64,000 nucleotides of DNA from Ranitomeya imitator. Its lineage: Eukaryota. Both the position numbers and the translations under genes were made by a program. The stretch lies in the NCBI RefSeq assembly GCF_032444005.1, contig NC_091286.1, positions 235,290,001 to 235,354,000 on the forward strand, given 5' to 3'. The notes beneath the pieces were generated by a model. It was given only the letters and a program-made list of their open reading frames with translations. It was not told the origin of the DNA and did not search any database. Positions 34,186 to 46,590 of this stretch are shown here, one piece after another. Position 1 is the first letter of the stretch. Each line of letters starts with the position of its first letter.

Positions 34186-36310
34186 TAGATAGATAAAAAC
34201 AATCAACGTATTTGCTTTTGCCACGTTTATAATTGTCTATTAAAATATGGTTTTTGTTAACCTAATCGTATAACCCTGAAAAGAGAGAAAAATCAAAAGT
34301 TAAAATATTTTTAGTTTTTTTGGAAATCTCATTTTCTTAAAAAATGTAATAATTAGCAATCAAAGCATCTTATAACAAAACTATTATACCTTAAAAAGTC
34401 AGCATTCACTCAGCCCCATCTACTGAAAAGTAAAAATATTATGTTTAACTGAAAATGGCAACACAAAGCAAAAATAGGTTTTTCTTCTTTGCCTCATTGG
34501 GCGAACACAGCCCGTTGAAGGGCTATGACCTTGTCTTGAGGGAGAATGACCAACCCTTGGGAGGTGTCTAGGGTCATTCCTAAGAAGGATATCTGCTGGG
34601 CTGGAACAGGGGAAGATTTGTTTAAGTTTATCAGCCAGCCTAGGTGAGAAAGTGTGTCCAACGTGATATGGACGCACTCTGCAAAGGGTTGGAAAGATGA
34701 GTCCTTGATTAGGAGGTCGTCCAAGTATGGCAAAACGACCATGCGCCACGAGTGCAGAATGAACACAACGGCCGCTATGACCTTTGTGAACACTCTGGGA
34801 GTGGTGGCGAGGCCGAAGGGCAAAGTTGCAAACTGTTAGTGATCTTTGCGGACGGCAAAGCAAAGGAACCTTTGGTGAGGGGGAAAGATTGCGATATGAA
34901 GGTAGGCATCCCGGATGTCGATGGATGCTAGGAAATTCCCCTTTTCCATCGAAGTGATGACCGAACAGAGGGATTCCATCCTGAAGTACTGGACCTTGAT
35001 AAACTTGTTTAAGAGTTTCAGATCCAGAATGGGCCGCACCACACCGTCCTTCTTCGGAACCACAAATAAGTTCGAGTAGAACCCTTCAAACCTCCTTTTC
35101 TGGGACTGGAATAATGACCCCATGTAGGCGGAGCAAATCGATGGCTTGGTAGAAAAGCAAGCTGGAGGGTGGGAAGAAAACTCTATCTTGTATCCGCAAG
35201 ACGCCATTCGTCGTGGATGACAGCGAGCCAGACATGACCAAACAGGAGTAGGCGACCGCCTACTCTCCTGGTTTCGACTGGATAATGCCTTGAGTCATTG
35301 GACTGAGAATCTATGGGACCTTGATCCCTTTGACAAAGATTGCTTGGTACGCCTCGTACTTTACTGGTTGGTCTTGTACAAGACCTGGGGACCCCTGTCC
35401 CACTGATGGGAGCGTCCTGATCCAGAAGATGTGGTTTCATTGAACCAACAAGGATTGGTGCGAAAGGACCGGGAATGTGTCTGTTGCGACTATGAAAAGG
35501 TCGCCTAGTCTTCTGCTGGGGTAAGAATTTACTTTTTCCTCCTGTGGTGTCCGAGATAAAGTGATCCAGCTTCTTTTCAAATAAATGACCGATCTTATTG
35601 GGCAAGGGACTTATAGGGACTTTTTGGACGCAGAGTCCGCACACCATTACCTGAGCCCCAGTGTCCGTCTGATGGTGATGGTGTTTTAGGCTGCAAGTGC
35701 AGTACAGTTAGCTGAGTCCAGAGAAGCGTGCAACAAATGTTCCTCAGCCAAAGAGATCTGATTGGACAGATCTGCTGCCTCCGGGGCAAGGTCACTATCC
35801 TGAATGGTTCCGGTCAGGGTGTCGGCCCAAGAGACCATAGTTTTAGCTACCCACGCCGCAGCAAAAGGAGAGCGTGCCGAGCCCGAGGCTTTGAAAACCG
35901 AACGGGCAAGGTTCTCTATCTGATGGACCATGGGATCTTTAATCGAGGACCTGTCAGGTAAGGACAGGAGGGTTTTGGTGGCCAAGCAGGAGACCGGTTG
36001 GGTCAACTAGAGGTGATTTGGCCCATTTCTTCCGCACATCCACAGAAAAAGGATATATAGCATCAATAGGCTTCTGACCAGCGAAGCATTTGTCCGTTCG
36101 CTCCCTGTTCCATCGAACTATGTCCTGGAACTCGGGATGGTTGGAGAAAACTCAATGAGGACATGTAGTCCTCTTAAAGGACACCACTCTGGGACCGACT
36201 TAGAATCCTCGTCAACCTTTAAGGTCTAGTTGACTGTCTCAGTGAGACTGTCCAACGTCGCCTGATAATCCGGTGAGTCTAGATCAAGGGGCATGTCTGA
36301 ATCGCACTTA

Positions 36311-36705
36311 AGGTACCGTCACACTCAGCGACGCTGCAGCGATATAGACAACGAGCCGATCGCTGGAGCGTCGCTGTTTAGGTCGCTGTAGAGACGTCAA
36401 ACACAGCAACTCCAGAACGATGCAGGAGCGATCCAGTGACGTAACGGCGACTCACTTATCGTTCTCGCTGGTTGTTAGCTCCATGTAAAACGTTGTTGGC
36501 ATCGTTGCTTTTGATGTCAAACATGACGATACACGCCGACCTGACGACGAAATAAAGTTCTGGACTTCTAGCTCCGACCAGCGATGGCACAGCGGGATCC
36601 AGATCGCTGCTGCGTGTCAAACACAACGAGATAGCTATCCAGGACGCTGCAACGTCACGGATCGTTGTCGTTCTCTTTGCAAAGTTGCTGAGTGTGACGG
36701 TACCT
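36311..36705. mobile_element. Harbinger-type MITE (AGGTACC family, short variant)
   Basis: TTA|AGGTACCGTCACAC ... GTGTGACGGTACCT|TTA. Confidence 0.88.
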
Positions 36706-37348
36706 TTAGAGTCCTGGTCACTTCAAACCCTGCGTCAGGGGGAGCGGGAAACCGAGCCCACAGATGCTGAGGCGTGAGAAGGCCCTGGAGACTTTGCAGA
36801 GTGGCATACTCTGTCCCCGTGGCAGCTGAGGACTCCTGAATGCATTCGGGATCACAGACTTTGCAGAGTGGCATACTCTGTCCCCGTGGCAGCGAAGTCT
36901 GACAGGTGGTACATGAGATGAATAACACTGTACGTGTCTTGTTAGCCTTCTTGGATGTCTTAGAGAGTGACTTGATGTACCCCAGTATGCCCCTGATCCT
37001 GCTGATATGCTCCAATAGGGAGGGCCATGGCTGTAAGTCTCCAGTGACTACTGCAAAGGAGGGGCAATGAGTGTATCTGCCGCAGCTGAGTCTTACCCAG
37101 GTCCTGTGGCCCAGTGATAGCGGTCCTCCCAGTGCGCTGTGCCCCTCTGAAGATGAACGGACTGTCCTCACGTGTAGAGAGCCGACTGGGTGGATAAAGA
37201 TTGCCACCAGCATGAGACCTCAGGAAGATGTCTCGTGGTGTGCGAAAAGCGCCAAATCGTGGGCGGAGCCACAGCCGCGATGTCACAAAATGGGCGGAAC
37301 TTCTGTGTTGCTGACGGCAATAAGCCCAAGCTGCGGGCTAAATTTCTG

Positions 37349-37547
37349 CTAAGAAAGGCAAAAGCTGACAGCACTCTCTGTACTGGGGCGCCCGTTCAAC
37401 ATCCAGGGAACCGTCCCAGATATTACCAGACCAACCAATGCATAATGAACAGCGCTCCACCCAGGTGTAGATATCTTCAGAATACGCTTTTATTGAGCCA
37501 TGGTACAGCAGCAACGTTTCGACCAACACTTGGTCTTTGTCAAGCAT
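37349..37547 (-). mobile_element. 199-bp Penelope-like insertion
   Basis: 14-bp TSD GGGCTAAATTTCTG (37335-37348 / 37548-37561); minus strand starts ATGCTTGACAAAGACC-AAGTGTT-GGTC-GAAACGTT, a hammerhead-like motif. Confidence 0.7.
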
Positions 37548-38185
37548 GGGCTAAATTTCTGGCAATGGCTGGAACGAAGCCAGGGGAAAAGGCCATGGGA
37601 AAAAGCACCACATGCGGGATCCCTCCACCGGAGATACTGTGGCCCAGACACACACCCAGCCCATCTTACCAGCGGTGTTTATCCCTGAAGAAGCTGCTGC
37701 AGGAGGTATGAAGCGCAGGGCCCGGGCAGATGTCTGAGGAGTTTTCCGCTCCCAGGTCAGCTGCTCTCGTTTGGACAGTGTATTGACCCTCTATCCGCCA
37801 CTCTGTTTGCAGGGAGGGGGAGAGGGACCCGTCCGCCTTCCTTCCATCGTGTATATTAGGGGCAATACAGTGGGGGCCGCACGGATGACATGAGTGCCTC
37901 TGGACATGCAAGGGGTTAGCTCCCCGAGGATGGGTCAGGGCTGTTGGTCCGGCACAAAAAATGGGATGAGCCTGAATGCAGAGGGGGGTACATGGAGGCG
38001 ACACTTCATGTTCCCATCTGTTACCGGAGTGGGGAAAGCAGTGCCCTGAAGGAACCCATCGCCCTTAAAAAAAAAAAAAAAAAAAAAAAAATCTGGCCCT
38101 TCTGATAACGAAACAGGAAGGGGTACGTGGAGGTGATATTCGCGTTCCTGCCTGTTGTAGGTTTGGGGAGAGCGGTGCCATTTAA

Positions 38186-39257
38186 AGGGAACCTGTCACC
38201 CCCCAAAATCGAAGGTGAGCTAAGCCCACCGGCATCAGGGGCTTATCTACAGCATTCTGGAATGCTGTAGATAAGCCCCCGATGTAACCTGAAAGATGAG
38301 AAAAAGAGGTTAGATTATACTCATGCGGGCGGTCCAATCCGATAGGCGTCACGGTCCGGTCCGGGGCCTACCATCTTCTTACGATGAAGTCCTCTTCTTG
38401 TTTTCACGCCGCGTCTTCGGCGCAGGCGTACTTTGTGTGCAGAGCAAAGTACTGCAGTGTGCAGGCGCTGGGCCTTTCTGACCTTTCCCGGCACCTGCGC
38501 ACTGCAGTACTTTGCTCTGCCCTCAACAGGGCCCCAACACGCCCCCGGCAGAAGCTTAGGGCGAAACGCGTGTTGGGGTACACAAGGGATTGATCGGTGT
38601 CTGCTCAGCATTTATGGGTCTGCCTGGGGATTCATCTCTTAAGGTATTGATTGTACTTTTTCATATTAGGGTTATATATGCCGTCTTACAAGGATGGATT
38701 CACCTTACTGTGGATAGGAGCTATTGACCTTATATTTTAAAGCACCTCTATATCTCAGTTATATACAGTTTAGATGGATGTGGATTTCATTTGGATATAT
38801 ATGCTACATTACCTTGATAGAGCCATGGATTTATCTACTTTGCTGCAGTTTCTTTTCGATCATTCTCATGGACACTCAGTCTTTTTGATATTGTTTGGCC
38901 TTGTTGTTTTTATATATTTATGACAAATAAAGATTTGTACGTAGTTCATTGTTATATGGTTCTCTTCTTGCGGCCAAATTGATTTAAGCCCGCTTTTGGA
39001 TAATATACAAAGTACGCCGAAGCCGCAGCGTGAAGACAAGAAGAGGACGTCATCGTAAGAAGATGGGAGGCCCCGGATCGGACACCTATTGGACCGGACC
39101 GCAGCGGGACCACCCCTGGGTGAGTATAATCTAACCTCTTTTTCTCATCTTTCAGGATACATCCAGGGCTTATCTACAGCATTCCAGAATGCTGTAGATA
39201 AGCCCCTAATGCCGGTGTGCTTAGCTCACCTTCGATTTTGGGGGTGACAGGTTCCCT
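38186..39257. mobile_element. T2/Kolobok-type MITE with a nested insertion
   Basis: TTAA|AGGGAACCTGTCACCCCCCAAAATCGAAGG ... CCTTCGATTTTGGGGGTGACAGGTTCCCT|TTAA. Confidence 0.88.
38534..39008 (+). mobile_element. Penelope-like pseudo-LTR fragment inside the T2 MITE
   Basis: Absent from the sister MITE at ~50930-50960; begins with an inverted duplication CCCAACACGC..GCGTGTTGGG around GCGAAACGCGT; AT-rich body with AATAAA. Confidence 0.55.
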
Positions 39258-39261
39258 TTAA

Positions 39262-39464
39262 CCCTGCTGTTCTGTTGGTCAAAAATGACCGACTTTGAAC
39301 TTCAATATTCTTTAAAATATTCAAGATGCGGCTCTGAAACCCGTGGCCGACCGACCCATCCTCATTTAAGTCAATCAACCACAAGTTTCAGAACCGCATC
39401 TTGAACACCCCAAAAAATACCAAAGTTCAAAATAGGTCTCCCCAGACCGAACAGAACAGCAGGG
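39262..39464. mobile_element. 203-bp piggyBac-like MITE
   Basis: TTAA|CCCTGCTGTTCTGTT ... AACAGAACAGCAGGG|TTAA, plus an internal inverted repeat. Confidence 0.85.
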
Positions 39465-40134
39465 TTAAGGGATCCGTCGCCCCTGTATTCCTTGAAAAAT
39501 TAAGAATAAAGAGAAAAATAAAAATAAAAAAAACCTATAGATGTGATCTGAGAAACAGAGCACATGTGCCTCCTACTGACTCGAAGCTTGAACTGGTTCG
39601 GCTGGAGCCAGTGTGCGGGTGTATACTGCAGAGGGGGTGCTAATCTTTTAGTGTTTACTTAGTGGCAGCTGCATAACACGCATGGTCCTGTATCCCCCAA
39701 TGAGTGGCTCAGAGAAAAGGATTTTACGGTGAGTACACAAAAATCTCTTATGTCTGTTTTAAAGTTACGATCCTTAGAAGAAGGTGAAGAGAAAAGGAAA
39801 GCATTAAAATGAAACATTCTCTGGTCTTTTAAGGGGTAATATGTTCCTCACCTTGATGGGTGCAATTGTTATGACATAATCGACTTATTTAACTTTTTAC
39901 TGGTTTTACAGCTACTGACATACATGTTTGTTTCAGTAACTACTTGAATTAAAAAGAAATAACAATTCTGGATAATGTTTTATGGGAATTCTTTGTTCTG
40001 TTTCTTATTTATTACTGCTGAATAAATATGAAAAATTTCCATTGTCAGTTTGACATGTCAATACACGATGTGGGACTGACAGTACTGGATGGACAATGTC
40101 AAACTGTGTCAGAACACACCGCCAACCAGTAACA

Positions 40135-40931
40135 CCCCTGGGATGTATATGTGTATATGACCTAATAATATGGGCATACAGGTAATAGAAATGTTACTCT
40201 AGTCCTACCTGTGTGCCTCATATTAGCAGTCTTGCTGTTGGGAAATCTTATATTCTTTCCTTATGCTAGTGATTTCTTTCAGGCTCCAAGGTGTGCAGTG
40301 CCTGGAAGAAATCTCTGCACTCCCTCAACAATCCGTACCTTTTCCTCCACTCTATGGGCGCTGCATTCAGGGATCTTCTGCGCAGGCGAGTCACTGTGAC
40401 CTTCAGCGTGCACAACGACAAGGTGCTCTCTCCACTTCCTCCATGCATAGTCATTGCTAGGTACTATATGTATACATGGGTACTATGTGTATACACATAG
40501 TCCCTAACGTTGACTGTGCAGGGAGGAAGTGGAGAGAGCACCTTGTCGCTGTCCACACCGGAGGTCACAGTGACTCGCCTGCCCGAAGATCCCTGAACGC
40601 AGCGCCCATAGAAGGGAGGAAAAGGTATGGATTGTGGAGGGAGTGCAGGGCAGAGGCGCAGGATTTTGGGGCCCACAACTGCACGTCACAGTGAACTGTG
40701 AAGTGCATGGGGGGGGGGGGGGGTGATATAATGAAGACAGGAGGCAGGGATTTCTTTCAGGCATCGCACGCCCCGAAGTTGGGAAGCAAGCATTAACATA
40801 AAAGCAGAATATAAAATTTCTCCACAACAAGACCATTAATATGAGGCAGACACATAGGACTAGTGTAACATTTCTATCACCTGTATTCCCATGTTAATAG
40901 GTTCTATACATCCCACAGGTGACAGATTCCC
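40135..40931. mobile_element. Palindromic T2/Kolobok-type MITE (left end eroded)
   Basis: Right end GACAGATTCCCT|TTAA; 40170-40235 is inverted to 40830-40900 and 40290-40460 to 40500-40690. Confidence 0.65.
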
Positions 40932-40939
40932 TTTAAAAA

Positions 40940-43900
40940 ACTATCTTCAGTGTAAATAAGAACAAGGAGTCCTTAAAGTGATGATATGGCCCCAACAGGT
41001 CCCTGTTCTCAAATTAGTCTGTGTAGGATTACATGAAGAGACACATTTCTAAAAGCCTACATCAACAGAAGATCTGTGGTTAGTTCTCCAAGATGTTGGG
41101 AACAACCTCCATACCAAGTTACTTCAAAAACTGTGTGCACATGTACCTAGGACAATGGATGCTTTGATACTGTTTTTAACATATAGGGTGGGCACACCAA
41201 ATTTCTCTTTTGTTCATTCACTTTGCATTTTGTTAATTGATTTTTCAAAGTATTTGTAATGTGCTGCTGCAGTGCAGTATAGTGCAACCTACACCAGGGG
41301 GTGCTGGTGAGGGAAGAGAGGTTGTACACACAGCGTAGCAACACTGAATAGCAGCACAGGTGCCACAGGTAACGAAAGAGTAGTTAGACAAACCAAGGTC
41401 ATACACCGAGAGGTCAGCACAGTACACAGGGGCAGTCAGAAGAATAGTCAGGGACAAGCAAGAAGTCAGAGCCTACCGGGAACGTGGTAACCAAAACTTG
41501 AGATGTAAGACGAAGTCTGGGTACAAACCAGAGTCGAAGCCAGTCAGGGAGCGTGGTATCAGAAACGTAAAACCAGGGGCAAAGTCCAGAGATCAGATCG
41601 AGTCTTACACGGGTACAGGCAGTCAGATGCACACGTATCACTAATACAGGTCAGGGGCTCAAGCCAAGAAGCAAGAACTATCACTAACACTGGTCAGCAG
41701 ACTGTGACGGACTGAAATAGCCTAGCTTGCTCCAGAACGAGGCTGAGAAGATTAGCCCCTGCATGACCAGTCTTTAGAGATGAAAGAAGAAAGTAAACTC
41801 CGGACTGGACCATGACAGTACCCCCCTCTCAATGGCGGGCCACAGGACCCCCAGGCTTGACGGGCGTGAAAGGCCCGGACAAACCGATCAGCATGGACCG
41901 AATGCGTTGGCACCCATGACCGGTCCTCAGGACCACACCCTTTCCAATGAACCAAGTACTGAATTGAATGGCTAAGCATACGAGAATCCACCACCTATTC
42001 CACCTCGTACTCATTCTGACCATCTACCACAACAGGTGGCGGATGTGAGGGAGACTCATCAGAGGAAGGCACCGACGGCTTCAGAAGTGCCATATGCAAC
42101 ACATTGGGGATCCACGACGACGGAGGCAAACACAGGCGAAAGGTCACAGGATTAGTCACCTCTAAAATTTCATACGGACCAATAAACTTGGGACCCAACT
42201 TAGCAGAGGGAATTCTCAGCCTTATATTTTTGGTAGATAACCATACCTTATACCCCACCTGATAAGCCGGCCCCACAGAACGTTGTTTATCCGCAAAAAA
42301 ATTATATTTGCCATAAGCCTTCCCAATGTTTCTCTGAAACTCCCTCCAGACCTTCCCCAACCACAGAAAGGCCGAATCAGCCCCTGGACACCCCAAATCC
42401 AGCCGGGAAAACTCACCAAAATGAGGGTGAAACTCATAGTTGCAGAAGAAAAGAGAAGCACCAGTGGACTGATTAATCCGATTATTGAAAGCGAATTCCG
42501 CTATAGGTATTGCAGAGCACCAATCATCCTGTCTAGAAATGACAAGACACCGTAAATTCTGCTCCAAAGACTGATTGGCCATTTCAGTCTGTCCGTTGGG
42601 ATGATAGGCTGATGAAAAGGTTAGACTGATGCCCAGCCTTTTACAAAAAGCCCTCCAGAATTTTGCCACGAATTGCACCCCTCTATCAGACACCACACTG
42701 ACAGGCACACCATGCCACCAGATCACATGCTCAATGAATAATTTAGATAGTCTCAGCATTAGGGAGGCCTGTTAATGGTACAAAATGTGCTTGTTTACTG
42801 AACCTATCAACAACCATCCAGATCACAGTTTTGCCATTAGAGGGGGGGAGATTGGTGATAAAATCCATGGACAGATGAGTCCACGGTCTATCTGGAATTG
42901 GAAGTGGCACCAATTCCTCGGCCAGCCAGTTGCGGGAGATTTTTGCGCAGGCACAAGTTTCACAGGACGACACAAACCCAATGATGTCAGAAGTCAACGA
43001 GGGCCACCAGAATAACCTAGTGATGGCTTTACGAGTGGCCGAGATTCCAGGATGCCCACTCAATGCAGAGCCGTGGAACTCCCGAAGCACCCTTAACCGA
43101 TACTGGACAGGCACAAAAAGCTTATTTTCAGGTATGGATGATGGAGCCAGAGAGTGGACCTCACGAATCTCCTGTTCCAATCTCGGGGACACCACAGCCA
43201 CCCCCCCCCCCCCCATGCTGAAGAATGGAGGAAGGAGGCTCAGGAAGTGATTCCGGATCTGGGCTGCGAGATAAGGCATCCGCCTTCACATTCTTGGACC
43301 CTGGTCTGAAAGTATGTCTCGGAGTTAAACGTTTGGTGGACTCGATGTAAGACAGGTTCTTGTGATCAGTAATACAGTGATACGATGGATCACCCCCTCC
43401 AAAAAATGCCTCTATTCTTCAAACGCCAATTTAATGGCCAATAACTCTTGGTTACCCACATCATAATTCCTCTCCGCAGACAAAAATTTTCTTGAAAAGA
43501 AAGCATAGGGTTTTAAGTTAGTTAATGTGGTGGGCCCCTGGGACAACACAGTCCCCACCCCCACCTCAGAGGAGTCTACCTCTATGATAAATGGTTTAGA
43601 CAAATCAGGTTGAACCAGTACAGGGGCAGTCATGAAACGATTTTTTAATGAAGAAAACGCCGCCACCGCTGGAGCTGACCAGTTTTTGAGATCAGCTCCC
43701 TTTTGAGTGAGATCAGTGAGGGGTTTGACCACTTGAGAAAACCCCTTGATGAATTTTCTGTAGTAATTTGCGAAACCCAGAAATTGCTGAAGACCCTTGA
43801 GATCTCTGGGTTGCACCCAATCCACAATGGCCTGTACCTTCCTAGGGTCCATGCGAAACCCCTCAGCGGACAAAATGACTCCTAGAAAGGAAAATTCTTG

Positions 43901-46590
43901 AGTGAAAAATGAACACTTCTCCAGTTTGGCAAAGAGTGAGTTCTCCCTGAGCCTCTGGAGAACCGCACGAAGATGACTCATGTGACTTAGTCTGTTAGAG
44001 GAATGTATGAGTATATCATCAAGATAAACAACCACAAAGCGTCCAATAAAGTCAGAAAAAAACATGATTAATGAAATTCTGGAATACCGCTGGTGCGTTA
44101 GTCAAACTGAACGGCATGACCAAATTTTCAAACAGACCCTGAGAGTTGAGAAATGCAGTTTTCCACTCATTACCCTCCTGCATACTGATGAGATTGTATG
44201 CTCCCCTGAGGTCCAATTTAGAAAACCACCTGGCCCCTGACAATTGATTGTACAAATCAGGTATAAGTGGGAGAGGATAAGTGTTTCTAATGGTGATCTT
44301 ATTCAGTTCTCTCAAATCAAGGCATGAGCCTAAACCTCCATCTTTTTTTTTTTTTTTTAACAAAAAAGAACACTGCCACCATGAAAGAGACAGATGGCCG
44401 AATATGCCCTTTACGGAGGCTTTCAGAGATATACTCCTTCATAGCAGCCCGCACAGGGCAGGAGAGATTGTACAGATGGGCTTTGGGCAATTTGGCACCG
44501 GGAACAAAATCAATGGCACAATCGAATGGGCAGTGTGGCGTTAGAACCTCAGCCTGCTTTTCGGAGAACACATCCTCAAAGTCCTTCAGGTTCTCCGGAA
44601 TACCCTCCAGACTGACAGATGACATAGATATAGTAGCAAGACAATTTTCAGAACAATAAGGTCCCCATTTAACAATGTCGGGACCCCCAGTCAATAACCG
44701 GGTTATGCCATTGCAACCAGGGAAACCCCAACACAAGGCCAGCAGGGAGTTTATCCAAAACAAAGCAGGACATGCGCTCCTGGTGCAGGGCCTCCACCTT
44801 GAAGGGTGAATTCTTTAGAAATTAAATGGAGACCATCCTTTGTGAAAGGTGTAGAGTCAATAGCCACAATTTTTAAGGGAGTCTCCAACCTAACTGTCCC
44901 TAATCTACAGCGGGCCACCAGTCAATCAGGTTCAGGGATGACCCACAGTCTACAAAAGCCAAAGTATGAACAAAGCCGTTCTCCACCCCAAGTTCCACCT
45001 TTAACAGTATATTTGCAAATGAAGAAAAAGGTACCTGAGAGTCTGTGACCTCCACGATGATCACCCAGACTCAGCTGCTTGTTAGACAGTGGACAGGAGC
45101 GGCAGTCTTTTTCCAATGTCCGGGATCTCCGCAGTAAAAACACAGCTTTCCATCACGCTGCCGATTCCTCTCTTTCTCCTGGAGGTCAGTGGCTCCCACC
45201 TCCATTGGTTCAGATTGAAGCAAAACATCAGGATTATCAGAGAACAACGGAATCCCTCGTTGTGTAAGACCTCTCCCCCATAGCCTCCGATCCATACGGA
45301 TAGCCTGAGTCATAGCCTCCTCCAAAGAGCTGGGAGGTGGATGGAGAGCCAGAGCGCCCTTCAAGCAATCCGACAGTCCCTTTCTGAATAGACATCTCAG
45401 TGCGGAGTCATCCCAAAACACCTCAGTGGACCCTCGACCGAACTCTGAGCTATACCATTTGGCTGAGTGTTTCCCCTGAACCAGACCCATAATGGTGTCC
45501 TCTGCCACCCTAACACGGTCCGGTTTGTCATAAATAGGTTCTTTGAGGCCCTAGGACTTATCTACCGACCTCCGTTCAGGGGCAGTAGGGGGCAGAGAGA
45601 AAGCCCTGGATTGGGGTCCCTCCCTAAGTAAGGAGATAATAATCCCTACCTGCTGAGTCTCATCCCCAGATGATCGAGGTCTAAGAAAAAAACATAATTT
45701 ACAACTCTCCCTGAAAATGTGAAATTTATCTTTTTCACCAGAAAACGTGTCCGGAAGTGTAACCGAGGGTTCCAGAGAGTGCAAAACAACATCCACAGAG
45801 TCACCAGGTATACTAACAATATGAGAGGTGTTTCCCTGCACGGTCCTAACAGTCTCATTCAGTTTTTTCTGTAAGTGGTTATTATGTGACAAGGGACTGA
45901 TGTTTCACAGAAAAATCCTGCATCATCTGCGTCAAACTGGACACTTGATCTGCCAAGTTATGCAGCGGATTCATGACCAGAGAGAAAAAAAATGCAAAAT
46001 CCCATTGAAATGTGGTTAGTGATAATGTAATGTGCTGCTGCAGTGCAGTATAGTGCAACCTCCACCAGGGGGTGCTGGTGAGGCAAAAGGTTGTACACAC
46101 AGCGTAGCAACACTGAATAGCAGCACAGGTGCCACAGGGCAGTCAGAAGAATAGTCAGGGACAAGCAAGAAGTCAGAGCCTACCGGGAACGTGGTAACCA
46201 AAACGTGAGATATAAGACGAAGTCGGGGTACAAACCAGAGTCGAAGCCAGTCAGGGAGCGTGGTATCAGAAACGTAAAACCAGGGGCAAAGTCCAGAGAT
46301 CAGATCGAGTCATACACAGGTACAGGTAGTCAGAGGCACACGGATCACTAATATAGGTCAGGGGCTCAAGCCAGGAAGCAAGAACTGTCACTAACACAGA
46401 TCAGCAGGCTGTGACAAACTGAAATAGCCCAGCTAGCTCCAGAACGAGGCTGAGAAGATTAACCCCTGCATGACCAGTCTCGAGAGAGGATAGAAGAAAG
46501 TAAACTCCGGACTGGACCATGACCGTATTCATGAGTTGCAACATTAATCTCCACACTTGCCCAAAACTTTTACATGTGTGTATGGGAACT
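40940..46590 (+). mobile_element. Tc1-like 3' remnant that hosts the Gypsy element (pieces 40940-41254 and 46530-46590)
   Basis: Degenerate Tc1 C-terminal and subterminal sequence continues across the Gypsy TSD. Confidence 0.5.
41255..46524 (-). mobile_element. Full-length, degenerate Ty3/Gypsy chromovirus (Tf1/sushi-like)
   Basis: LTRs at 41255-41817 and 46026-46524; 5-bp TSD GTATT; PPT (plus-strand GTACCCCCCTCTC) next to 41817; gag [20 protein letters not shown] and YLDDILI, RH, integrase GHPG/LSMDFITNLP/GPY, chromodomain QYLVHWKG..EDRSW; many frameshifts. Confidence 0.95.

Larger units (their letters stand above)
34481..39750 (-). mobile_element. Second DIRS-type element, decayed (RH, MT and YR deleted), with several nested insertions
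   Basis: Minus-strand remnants: CTTC..LCKVC zinc finger (~36960-36840), IKDPMVHQIENLARSVF (gag), FYSNLFVVPKKDG, PFGLATTPRVFTKV and YLDD (RT); DIRS-type terminal sequences at both ends. Confidence 0.85.

Noticed and set aside
39765-39835. Possible exon right after the second DIRS
   Set aside because: All three frames hit a stop before the GTAAT donor
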